Position numbers and translations under genes: made by a program | The notes under the pieces: model-generated | Databases searched by the model: none | What the model was told of the DNA's origin: nothing | Seen by the model: only the letters and a program-made list of their open reading frames with translations | NCBI GenBank assembly: GCA_030390025.1 | Contig: CM059431.1 | Span: 145,082,001 to 145,146,000, forward strand | Reading direction: 5' to 3' | Length of the DNA stretch: 64,000 bases | DNA from: Squalus acanthias | Lineage: Eukaryota | Shown: positions 1 through 10,433 of the stretch, one piece after another | How the letters are laid out: the number at the start of each line of letters is the position of its first letter | How positions within the stretch are numbered: the stretch's first letter is position 1

Positions 1-2372
1 CGATGTGGATTCCAGAAGGCTTAACGTGCCTCATCAAAAGATGAGGTGCTGTTCCTCGAGCTTACGTCGAGCTTCGTTGGAACAGTGTAAGAGGTCGAGT
101 ACGGAGAGATCAGAGTAGGATTGTAGCGGAGAATTAAAGTGACCGGCGACCAGAAGCTCGCGGTCATGCTTACAGACTGAACAGAGGTGTTCCGCAAAGT
201 GTTCATCCAATCAACGTTTGGTCTCTCCAAAGTAGAGGAGACGGCATCGTGAGCATCGAATACAGGATACTAAATTGCAAGAAGTAAAAGTAAATCGCTG
301 TTTCTCCTGGAAGGAGTGTTTGGGCCCTGAACAGTCGGAAGGGAGGAGGTAAAAGGGCAGGTGTTGCATCTCCTCCGCTTGCACAGGAAGGTGCTGTGGG
401 AAGGGGAAGGGGTATTGGTGTGATAGAGGAGTGTACCAGGGTGTCGCAGAGAGAGCGGTCCCTTCGAAATACTGAAAGGGGAGGGGAGGGGATGATGTAT
501 TTCGTGGTGGGCTCACGCTGGAGGTGGTGGAAACGGTGGAGGATTATCCGTTGAATGTGAAGGTTGGTGTGGTGAAATGTGAGGACAAGGGGAACATTAT
601 CGTGGTGCTGGGAGGGAGGGGAAGGGGTGAGATCAGAAGTGAGGGAAATAGAACGGACACGTTCAACGGCATTGTCAAACATGGTAGAGAGGAATCCAAG
701 GTTGAGGAAAAAGGAAGACATGTCGGAAGCACTAGTATGGAAGGTGGCATCGTCAGAGCAGATGTTGCGTAGATGGTGAAACTGGGAGAATGCGATAGAG
801 TCCTTCCAGGAAGCGGGCTGGCAATAATTGTAGTCCAGTTAGCTGTAGCAGTCAGTGGGCTTATAGAGAATGTTTGCCAATAGGCTATCCCCAGAAATAG
901 AGTCAGAGAATTCGAGGAAGGGAAGGGAATAGTCGGAAATGGACCATGTGAAGGAGAGGGAAAGTTGGAAATTGGAAGCAAAGTGGTTAATTTTTTTAGT
1001 ACAGGGTGAGAGTAGGAATCGGCACCGATCCTGTCATCAATGTACCGGAAAAAGAGGTGAGGGAGGGGATCTGAGTAGGACTGGAACAAAGAATGTTCCA
1101 AAAATCCCACGAAAGGGCAGGCATACCTAGGGCCCATGCGGGTTCCCATAGGAACACCATTAATTTGGAGAAAGTGAGCGGTGTGAAAGGAGAAGTTGTT
1201 TAATGTGAGAACAAGTTCAGCTAGGCGGCGGAGGGTGGTGGTGGATGGGGGCTGGTTGGGCCTCTATTCAAGGAGGAAGCGGAGCACCTTCAGGCCATCC
1301 TGGTGCGGGATGGAGGTGTTGAGGGATTGGACTTCCATAGTGAAAAGGAGACGTTTGGTGCAAGGGAACTGGAAACTGTTAACGTGGCAGAGGGCGTCGG
1401 AAGAGTAAGGGATGTAGGTGGGAAGAGTCTGGACAAGGGGAGAAAATATTGTGTCGAGATAGGAAGAGATATGTTCTGTGGGGCAAGAACAGGCTGAAAT
1501 GATGGGTCTACCAAAGCAATCCTGTCTTTGTATCTTGAGAAGGAGGTAGAAGCGGGATGTACGTTGTTGGGGAACTATGAGATGGACAGCCATGGAGGGA
1601 AGATCTCCAGAGGAGATGATGTTAGTGACCATCTTGGAAACAATGGCTTGATGTTTGGTAGTGGGGTCATGGTCCAGACGGAGGTAGGAGGAGGTGTCGG
1701 AGAGTTGGTTTTCAGCCACCGCTAGTTAGAGGTCGGTTCATCAAACAACAACAGCGCCACCCTTGTCAGCAGGTTTAATGACAATGTTGGGGTTGGATCT
1801 GAGAGAATGGAGTGCTGCAAGTTCAGTGGGAGGTAGCTTAGAGTGAGTGAGAGGAGCAGAGAAATTGAGCTTGCTGAAGTCATGCCGGCAGTTAGCAATG
1901 AAAAGCTCCAGAGAGTGTAAAAGGGCAGAGGGAGCGATCCAGCTGGAATGAAAATTCTGAAAATGGGTAAAGGTTCCGTTGTGCGGGGGAAGACTCCTGG
2001 CTAAAGAAGCGAGCACGGAGATGAAGGCGACGAAAAAAGAGCTTAGCATCGTGACGAGCTCGAAATTCATTGAGGTGGGGACGTAAGGGGATGAAGCTCA
2101 GGCCTTTGCTGAGGACTGATCATTCGGGGTGAGAGAGGGGAAGGTCAGAGGCGACAGTGAAAACACAGCAGGGGATGAGATTGGAAGAAGGTTTGGTGTC
2201 AGAGGAAAGTGAAGGAGAAGAAGTTTCTGGAGGGGTGTTGATGTCCAAGAGTTGTTGAAGCTTGCGATCCTTGACACCTGAAAGGAAGAAAAAACGTTTT
2301 TGTTTAAGCGCCGGATGAGGAGAAGGATGAAATGGAATTGTGGACAAGGACAGTTGTGAGATAGAGTGAGTC
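1..2372 (-). mobile_element. Penelope-like element (RT + GIY-YIG endonuclease), decayed 3' portion
   Basis: Frameshifted minus-strand ORFs carry PLE motifs IVIKPADKGGAVVV, RFYLLLKI..GRPIISAC, MGTRMGP.YA, FFRYIDD and GIY-YIG-like NLVSCIRCSRCRLLYFGETKR. Confidence 0.9.
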
Positions 2373-3854
2373 ATAGAGTGACAGTAACACAGAAAATTTA
2401 CGACACCGAAGGAGGCCATTCAGCCCATCGTGACCACACCGGCCCTCAAAGAGCTACCCACCCTAATCCCACATTCCAGCACTCGGCCCGTAGCCCTGTA
2501 GGTTACGGCTCTTCATGTGCACATCCAAGTACTTTTTAAATGGGATGAGGGTTTCTGCCTCTACCACCCTTTCGGGCAGTGAGTTCCAGATCCCCACCAT
2601 TCAATAGGTGCATTTTTTCCCTCATCTCCCCTCTAGTCCTTCTACGAACTATTTTCTTCTATGCCCCCTAGTTCTTGAACCCCCTCCTAAGGAAATAGGT
2701 CCTCCCTATCCACTCTATCTGGGCCCCTCATAATTATATACATCTCAATTAACTCTCCCCTCAGCCTCCTCTGTTGCAAGGAAAATAACCCCAGCCTACC
2801 AGACTTTCCTCATCGCTAAAGTTTTCCAGTCCTGTCAACATCCTCGTAATTCAAATCTGCACCATCTCCAGTGCAGTCAGATCCTTCCTGTACTTTGGTG
2901 ACGAAAACTGCACGCAGTACTCAAGCTGTGGCCGAATTCATGTTTTATACAGTTCTAGCATAACTTCCCTGCACTTATATTCTATGCCTCGGCTAATAAA
3001 TGAAAGCATTCCGTATGCCTTTTTTAACTACATTATCGACCTGTCCTGCTTCTTTAATGATCTGTGGACATACATTCCAAGGTTCCTCTGTTCCTCCACA
3101 CCTCTCAGTATCCTCCCATTAATTGTGTATTCCCTTGCCTTATTGCCCCTCCCCAAATGCATTACCTCACACTTTTCTGAATTAAATTGCATTTGCCACT
3201 TTTATGCCCAACTAACCAGTTCATCGATATCTTCCTGCAGACTAAAGCTTTCCTCCTCACTGTCAACCACGCGGCCAATGTTTGTATAATCTGCACAAAT
3301 CTTTATCATGCCCCATACATTTAAGTCTAAATCATTAATATATACTACAAAAAGTAAGAGGCCAAATACTGAGCCCTGTGGAACCCCACTGGAAAAAGTC
3401 TTAGAGTCGCAAAAACTCCCCTCAACCATTACCCTTTGCGTCCTACCACTGAGCCAATGTTGGATCCAATTTGCCACTCTCCCTTGGATCCCATGGACCT
3501 TTACTCTTTTGATCATACTGTCAAAAGCTTTGCTAAAGTCCATGCAGTCTACATCAAACGCACTGCCCTCACCGACCCTCCTTGTTAGCTCCTCAAAACA
3601 TTCAATCTAGTTAGTCAGACACGATATCCCTCAACAAAACTATGCTGACTGTCCTTGATCAATCTGTGTCTTTCTAAATGAAGTGTTATACTGTCTATCA
3701 GAATTGATTACAGTAATTTGCCCACCACCGATATTAAACTAACTGGCCTGTAATTGCTTGTTTTATCCCTTCCACTCTTTTTAAACAAAAGTACACCGTT
3801 AGCAGTTCTCCAATCGTCTGGCACCACTCCTGCAGCCAGAGAGGATTGGACAAT
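2373..3854 (-). mobile_element. CR1 LINE 3' fragment inserted into the Penelope element
   Basis: [21 protein letters not shown] and NYRPVSL motifs. 3' tail near 2373-2500. The PLE frame rejoins seamlessly across the insert (QHR|LTLSHNCP). Confidence 0.85.
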
Positions 3855-4290
3855 GTCGGTGCTGCAGCAGAGAGCGGTCGAGAGTGTGCATGTGGCGCTG
3901 CATGGCATTGAGCGTGGATCTCAGGATGCGGCGACAGCAGTGGTTCGAGGAACGCTGAATGTCTCGGAGATATCTGGGTGGATCCAAAGATGAAGGGTGG
4001 AATTTTAGTTGAAATCGACGTGGACTAAGTCGGAGTCGGAGACAATTGCTGAGGAAAGAAATATGGCTGTGAAAGCAAGATTTGGTAGATATCTGATCAA
4101 ACACATGAAGGGAAACAGAAATAATTGGAGATGAACAAGGTAAAAGAGACAAACAAAAATCCCATCGGAGAGAAGAGTAGAACTTCTTCAAGTTGGGCAT
4201 TCCTAGAAGAGTAGTGGCATTAAATTAAACACTAATACAAAAGCAAAATACCGTGGATGTTGAACGTCTGAATAAAACAGAAAATGCTGA
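3855..4290 (-). mobile_element. Penelope-like element 5' portion (N-terminal ORF + pLTR remnant)
   Basis: ORF 3799..4200 (CFHSHISFLSNCLRL...RILRSTLNAMQRH) continues the frame at 2372. 4236-4290 matches the repeat seen again at 9080 and 58206. Confidence 0.8.
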
Positions 4291-4730
4291 GTACGGCAGC
4301 ATAGTGGTTATGCTACTGGACGAGTAAACCAGAGGCCTGGACTAATGATCTGGAATGGAACATGAGTTCAAATCCCATCACGGCAGCTGGGGAATTTAAA
4401 TTCAGTTAATTACATTAAAAAAAAAAAGATCTGGAATACAAAGCTAGTATCCGTATTGGTGACCATGAATCTACTGGATTGTCGTAAAAAGCCATCTGGT
4501 TCACTAATGTCCTTTAGGGAAGGAAATCTGCTGCCCTTACTTGGTCTGGCCTATATGTGGCTCTAGACTCACAGCAATGTAGTTGACTCTTAACTGGTCT
4601 CTGAAATGTTCTAGCAAGTCACTCAGTAGTATAAGGCAGCTCACCACCACCTTCTCAAGGGCAATTAGGGATGTGCAAAAATGCTGGTTTTGCCAGCGAT
4701 GCCCATATACCATGAACGAATAAATAACAA
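4291..4730 (+). mobile_element. tRNA-derived SINE, DeuSINE/SacSINE1-like
   Basis: A-box-like GCATAGTGGTT and B-box GAGTTCAAATCC. Central Deu-like block AGGAAATCTGC..CCTTAC.TGGTCTGGCCTATATGTG. LINE-like 3' tail ending AATAAATAA. Confidence 0.75.
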
Positions 4731-4749
4731 AAATATCCACTTTCTACCA

Positions 4750-5990
4750 AGGCTGCTAAGTTTCCTGTTATACCAAACGGCTGACACCTCCTGTGAGCCA
4801 GATTATCAAGCAGCTTCTGAAAACCCATATACACCGCACGTGCAACATTCCATAAAACCATGTTGTCACTTCTTAAAAACATTGTGTAAATTTCTGAAAC
4901 AAGACTTGTCTACAGCTAATCCGTTCCATCCTCCCCTCATCATCCCCTTAACGTTAACCTTTCAGCCTCAAATTACGATTCGAGGAGTCTGCCCAGAACA
5001 GCTGTAGACTTATTGGTTTGTTACCAGATTTATCCTGTCTCCTGCATTCTTGAACAGAGACGTTACTTGGGCTGATTCAGTGCTCAAGTATATTGTTTAT
5101 ATCTGAAGAAGATTGAATAATTGTGGGCAGTGTCTCTCCTAGCTCCTCTATAACTTCCTTTAACAGCATGGTGTGCGTTATAACTGGTTTGCGTGACTTA
5201 TCTACCATGGCTATTTTTTCAGATCCAAATCCTTCTCTACAGCTAACTCCAATTGTGGTCCCACATCCTCCTCCAGTACACCGACATTCTCACTACCAGG
5301 ATGAACGTTTTGAAACGAAAGAATCTATATTATATCTCCTCAAATCTTCATCCTCTCCCTTCATCCCGAGTCAAACATTATTTTTTTTATAAACCATTAC
5401 TTTTTATTTTATCTGCTTGCTTTGTTGCATATTCTCTTTTATCCCCCCGCCCTATCTCACTTTTCAACTTCCTACATGTTTTACATTTCTCATGATTTCA
5501 TGGAATATTGAGTGCTCTGTTCCTATTTTGGGACAGATACAAACCCGTTAGTAATACAGCCACCCACAACCATTTTTTCTCTCTAGTGAAAATGCTCTAG
5601 TAAGGAAAATGTCACTCCGAGTCCTTCATACATGGTTACAAGGCCCGATCACTCGTGCTTTTAACTTTCACGTTTGTTTCGAATGATTTTTGCATTCACA
5701 AAAGAAACATACAAGCGATGTTTTTTTTTTTAAATGCGCACTTTCTCTTACTTTATTTTAAAGCAAATATAGGGACTTTAAAGCTCACCACTTCGAAATC
5801 TTCCACTTTTTCCTGCAAAATGTTTTCACTATTTAATAAGCCTTCTGTTTCCTCTCCAACAATATTATTAATTCCGCTCTCTAGTCTCAGATCCGGATAG
5901 TTCACACACTATCCATTAATATTAACTGCTAGCATCTCACTGCTCCATTCACCTTTTCTGTAAAATCATTGTTGTTGGTCAGTTCAGATC
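4750..5990 (-). mobile_element. Old, highly decayed CR1-like fragment
   Basis: Residual RT motif AVYMGFQKLLD in ORF 4655..4882 and weak CR1 similarity further on. Confidence 0.45.
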
Positions 5991-6179
5991 GCGCCCGTCC
6001 CTTCCCTCACTCTAGTGCCCCAAGAACGTGAACCCTTCCCTCCTGCTCCAGCCCTGCCGCCGCACATTGACCAGCCTCATATTTCACTCATTAAACGGCC
6101 CAGTGCAAAACAATATGGGGAGCGTGATGCCTTGGTTTTCAATCTATTGACTGACTTTAAATTCCCTCAATATAGCCTC

Positions 6180-7160
6180 AAACCATGGGTGCATCCTAGA
6201 CCCAACTATCTCCCGCTGCTTCAACAACGTACTTTAATCCATCATAAGCTTAGACGTGGCGTTTCTCGCTGATGATTACACTGTGTTCGGCTCCATTCGC
6301 AATTCCTCAGATAATAAAGCAGTCCATGCCCGCATGCAGCAAGACCTGGTTAACATTGGGATTTGGGCTGATATGTGGCAAATAATATTTGCGCCACACA
6401 AGTGTCAGGCAATGACCATCTCCAACAAGACAGAGCATAACGACCTCTCGTTGACAGATAATGGCATTACCATCGCAAAGTCCACCACATTAAAATCCTG
6501 GGGGGTTACAGTTAACCAGAAATAGAACTGGCCCAGCCACATAAGTGCCCTGTCCACTGGAGCAGGTTAGGGCCTGGTTAATGTTGTGCGAGTGGCTCAC
6601 CTCCAGATTCCCCAAAGCCTCTCCACCAACTAGAAGGCAAAAGTCAGGTGTGTGATGGAATACTCTCTGTCTGCCTGGATGAGTACAGTTGCAACAACAC
6701 TTAAGAAGCTCGACATCAAACAAGACAAATCAGTCTGCTTGATCGACACGGCATCCATTGGGTCAAATAATCACTCCCTCCACCATTGACGTACCGTGGC
6801 TACAATGTGTTGTCTACAGGATGCACTGCAGCCATTCGCCATGGCGTCTTCGAAAGCGCCTCCCAAACCCAGGATAACCACCACCTAGAAGGACAAGGGT
6901 AGCTGATGCATCGGAGCACCACCACCTGCAAGATCCCCTTCAAACCACACACCATCCTAACTTTGAAATACATCGCCCCTCCTTCAGTGTCACTCTGACA
7001 AAACCTTGGAACACCCTACCTAACAGCACTGAGGGATTACCTTCACCACGTGGTCTGCAGTGCTTCAGGAAGGTGATCCAACATCACCTATTCAAGGGCC
7101 AGTAGTGATTGACAATAAATTCTGGCCCAGTCAGCGACACACACGTCCCGAAAATGATTT
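6180..7160 (+). mobile_element. Non-CR1 LINE 3' fragment (clade uncertain, RTE-X-like)
   Basis: FLADDYTV..QQDLVNIGIWADMWQIIFAPHKCQAMTISNK. The 3' end resembles the SINE tail at 4630-4730. Confidence 0.7.
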
Positions 7161-7264
7161 AGAAAACCTATTTTTCTTCTTGGTTTTAATCGTGAATACT
7201 TTCTGCTCTCCTTGTCTTCCAAGAATAGGTCTCATCCGTTCCAATATATTCTTCCCTTTGACAC

Positions 7265-7745
7265 CTGAAGTAGCCTATTCCGCTATATATAGAATCAGAC
7301 ACCATATCGTTCTCCTATTCCTGTGGGAAACTACTCTCAAACTCCAGCCTCCAACGCTCGGGGTGGCCTTCTGCTCCTTGGTATCACAATGCTGCTCAGG
7401 AAGACCCGCCTCTGAGTTATTCTCTCTATCCACATTACAGTCCCCAATACCAGGCATCTATTGAACAGTTCCAGTACTCAGGGGCTCCCTCCATCTGTGA
7501 CTGAGATGCCCCTCAGATGATCACTCACTTCTCTCTTTCTACTCTGTCCCTGTCCTGTTCCCTCTTCCTGTGAGAGCTGCAGGTTCATGCATGAGATCTG
7601 GAACATTTTCGGGACAGACATTGTATTTTAAAGTATTTTGTGATCCTACCTGTGTCCATTCTCATTCTTGTTGAGGATGTAGGATCCTCTTCGCTGTTTG
7701 GACCTTCAGCCATGGTGGTGACTGGAGTTCCCAGATTCTGATCGT
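7265..7745 (-). pseudogene. First coding exon of a putative shark NLR-family (NACHT-LRR-like) gene; extended part disrupted
   Basis: Acceptor TTACAG| at 7745 and strong Kozak CACCATGG (ATG 7713), giving MAEGPNSEEDPTSSTRMRMDT. Donor G|GTAGGA at 7650, with a possible distal donor near 7265. The extension has stops and frameshifts. The NLR assignment rests on my recollection of similar N-termini in shark NLR models; no NACHT or LRR exon lies in the window. Confidence 0.5.
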
Positions 7746-7767
7746 CTGTAATAAATATAATATTAAT

Positions 7768-8250
7768 CATAGATTCATAGACGTTTACGGCACAGTAAGA
7801 AGGTCATTCGACCCATCGTGTCCATGCCGGCAGAAAAAGAGCTATCCATTCTAATCCCAAATTCCAGCACTTGGTCCATAGCCTTGCAGGTTACGGCACT
7901 TCAGTGGCATAAAAAAGTATATTTTAAATGCAATGAGGATTTCAGCCTTTTCCACCCTTTCAGGCAGTGAGCTCCAGACCCCCTCCACCCTCTGGGTGCA
8001 AACATTTCACCTCAAATCCGCTATAATCCTTCGAGCAAATACTTTAAATATAAGCCCCTTGGTTTTCTGACCTCTCTGCTGAGGAAATAGGTCATTCCTA
8101 CCCTCTCTATCTCGGCCCCAATTAATTTATACTCCTCAATTAGATCTCCCCTCAGCCTCCTCTATTCCAAAGAAAACAACCACAGACTATCCAAACTTTC
8201 CTGATTGCTAAAATTTCCCAGTCCTGGCAACATCCTCATAAATCTCCTCT
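7768..8250 (-). mobile_element. CR1 3' end fragment
   Basis: Same 3' UTR/tail as the copy at 2373-2870. Confidence 0.8.
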
Positions 8251-8565
8251 GTGACAGGAGATTATCATTGGATCCATACAAAAGATCTGTAATTGAAGGA
8301 TGAGAGGGTAATATTAAATTGAGAAGGAGAACGTTGCCTTGTTAAAAATAATATAAAGTCCCTTCTCCCCCATCAGTACAACAGCTGTTAGCTCTGGGAT
8401 CGATCATTTCCCGAGTATTACGATCAACTCTCCACATCAGGTTTGACACAGACAGCTGCCCAGTGAAATCCACTGAGTACCGCTGATCTCCACAACCGAG
8501 TTCCAGACGGGCTCCTGTCGGCCGAGACTCCGCACTGAGAGCGCCCATTAGTGAGATTTACTCAC

Positions 8566-8610
8566 ACAGTGCAGTCCAAAACCAGTCTTATTCCTGAGAT
8601 AGAGAATATT
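8566..8610 (-). other. 45-nt candidate exon (probably 5' UTR)
   Basis: CTGCAG|AATATT...CACTGT|GTGAGT splice sites. A same-length paralog sits at 40362-40406. TAA occurs in the phase-1 frame in both copies. Confidence 0.6.
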
Positions 8611-9077
8611 CTGCAGGGAAATATGGAGCCGGGTGATCATTGATGGATTAAATAATCCTTCACTAGCTTTTACGCATTCTGACGCTGTTGTATTATTATT
8701 ATTCACAAATCTCTGTTGAATGTTTTCCATTTGTTAAGTTTAATTATTCTGCTAATTTATTAATATAATATTGATCAACATTCACAATGTGGATGTGATT
8801 CCTCTGGTCTCTATGGGCAGTGACATTGTCCGTGTGTTCATGGAAATGTGTCCTGGTTGGTGTTTCTATTTGAATATATTGACCTTATCTCTCATGGTGT
8901 CAGCACCTGACGAATGAGCACTGTAGGAAGTGAGGACATTTACTGCTGTTCCACTAATATTAACACTAATGTAGAATGTTATGAATCATTTAACTTTAAT
9001 CAGTGAGGTGATGCACAGCATTATTGTTTGGAATATCTTTAGGGGCCTTACAATCTCAGAAAACACCATACATATAT

Positions 9078-9300
9078 GCAAAAGCCAAATACTGCGGATG
9101 CTGGAAATCTGAAATACAAACAGAAAATGCTGGAAATACTCAGCAGTTCAGGTAGCATCTGTGGCGAGAGGAACAGAGCTTCAGGTTTCAGGTCGATGAC
9201 CTTTCGTCAGAACTGGAAAACGTTAGAGATGTAACAGATTTTTAGCAAGCGCAGGGGCAGCGAAAGCGGGGAGGGGAGGAAAGAAATGAATTTCTGTGAC
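9078..9300 (-). mobile_element. Penelope pLTR fragment with hammerhead core
   Basis: Matches 4236-4290. The minus strand reads CTGACGA-aAGGTC-atc-GACCT-GAAAC. Confidence 0.75.
9170..9216 (-). ncRNA. Minimal type I hammerhead ribozyme motif (stem III degenerate)
   Basis: CUGACGA core, stem II AGGUC/GACCU, then GAAAC. The sequence after GAAAC no longer forms a clear stem III. Confidence 0.6.
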
Positions 9301-9599
9301 AGAATGGAAGGAAGAGAGATAAACGTGCGTCCAATCAAACTCTCAGTCAGCGTCCTTTCCTTTCCCCACTGTGGAAATCTAAAAGCGATTCAGTCTCGGA
9401 TCAGTAACTTCTCCAAACATTAGTTAACGTTATTCTCCGGCATTAATTTATAACCAAGTTTGAGAACTTTTACAATTCAGTTTTCTGCTGTTTCACTCGC
9501 GCTAACACTGGTATAAAAACACACAACAGCAACTACAGTACAGTAGGGAAACAAACTGAATACAGAGTACTGAGTATTAAATGCAACTGAGAGGAGAAC

Positions 9600-10189
9600 T
9601 AAAAAATGAAATAACTGTGCAAGGAAAATGCATGAGAAAAGATTAGCGGTATCATTGGCTAAGGGCCAGAAAGCAGAGTTTTGGTTAAGGGGAGTTTTTC
9701 AGACTGGAAGGAAAGATACATTGGTGTCCCCCAGCGTTGGTATCAGGACCACTGCAGCTTATGATCTATATTAATTAACTGGACTTGGGTGTACGGGGCA
9801 TAATTTCAAAGCTTGCTGATGATAGGAATCTCGGAAAGGTGATGAGAATAGTAGCAGACTTCAGGAGGTCATAGGCTGACTGGTGAAATGGGAAGGCACT
9901 TGGCAGATGTAATTTAATAGAGAGCAGTGTGAAGTGATGCAGTTTGGAAAGAACAATTTGGAGAGGCAATACAAAATGAATTGGTTGGACAAGTTGATCA
10001 GGCTATTCGTAAAGCGTACGGGATCCTTGGCATTATAAATAGAGGTCATGATGCGGAGATGCCGGTGTTGGACTGGGGTGGACAAAAATGAGAAGTCGCA
10101 CAACACCAGGTTATAGTCCAACAGTTTTAAAACTGTTGGACTATAACCTGGTGTTGTGTGACTTCTCATTATTATAAATAGAGGCATAG
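9600..10189 (+). mobile_element. CR1 fragment (continues at 15359)
   Basis: Decayed RT C-terminal coding sequence, broken at ...ATAAATAGAGGCATAG. Confidence 0.7.
10047..10170 (-). mobile_element. Penelope-derived palindromic mini-insertion (no ribozyme retained)
   Basis: 42-bp arms 10087-10128 / 10129-10170 plus the family tail. TSD ATTATAAATAGAGG at 10032-10045 and 10171-10184. Confidence 0.85.
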
Positions 10190-10433
10190 GAACATAAGAA
10201 CAGGAGGAAGTCTTTCAGCCCTGTCGTAAGAATGAGCCTTACGCGTGGTGAACTTAAAGTAAGCTTTAATCAACTAAAAAGGTGCTACATACAAAAGAGG
10301 TCTTACTCTATGCCTCTCCAGGATCCAACTGCTCAGTCCAGTATTTATCCTGGACTAATCACAGGAAGTGATGCAATAAAGTTCGAGTCACAGGAAGCTG
10401 TATTGTGTTACCACATTCTCCCCCCCCAAAAGA

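Larger units (their letters stand above)
8780..9540. repeat. Non-TE duplicated block, paralogous to ~43590-44160
   Basis: Collinear similarity, e.g. GGGCAGTGACATTGTCCGTGTGTTC, TCTCATGGTGTCAGCACCTGAC and GTCCAATCAAACTCTC. The PLE fragment at 9078-9300 is present only in this copy. Confidence 0.85.

Noticed and set aside
4291..4385. tRNA gene
   Set aside because: A and B boxes are present, but there is no cloverleaf and the sequence continues into a SINE body and tail.
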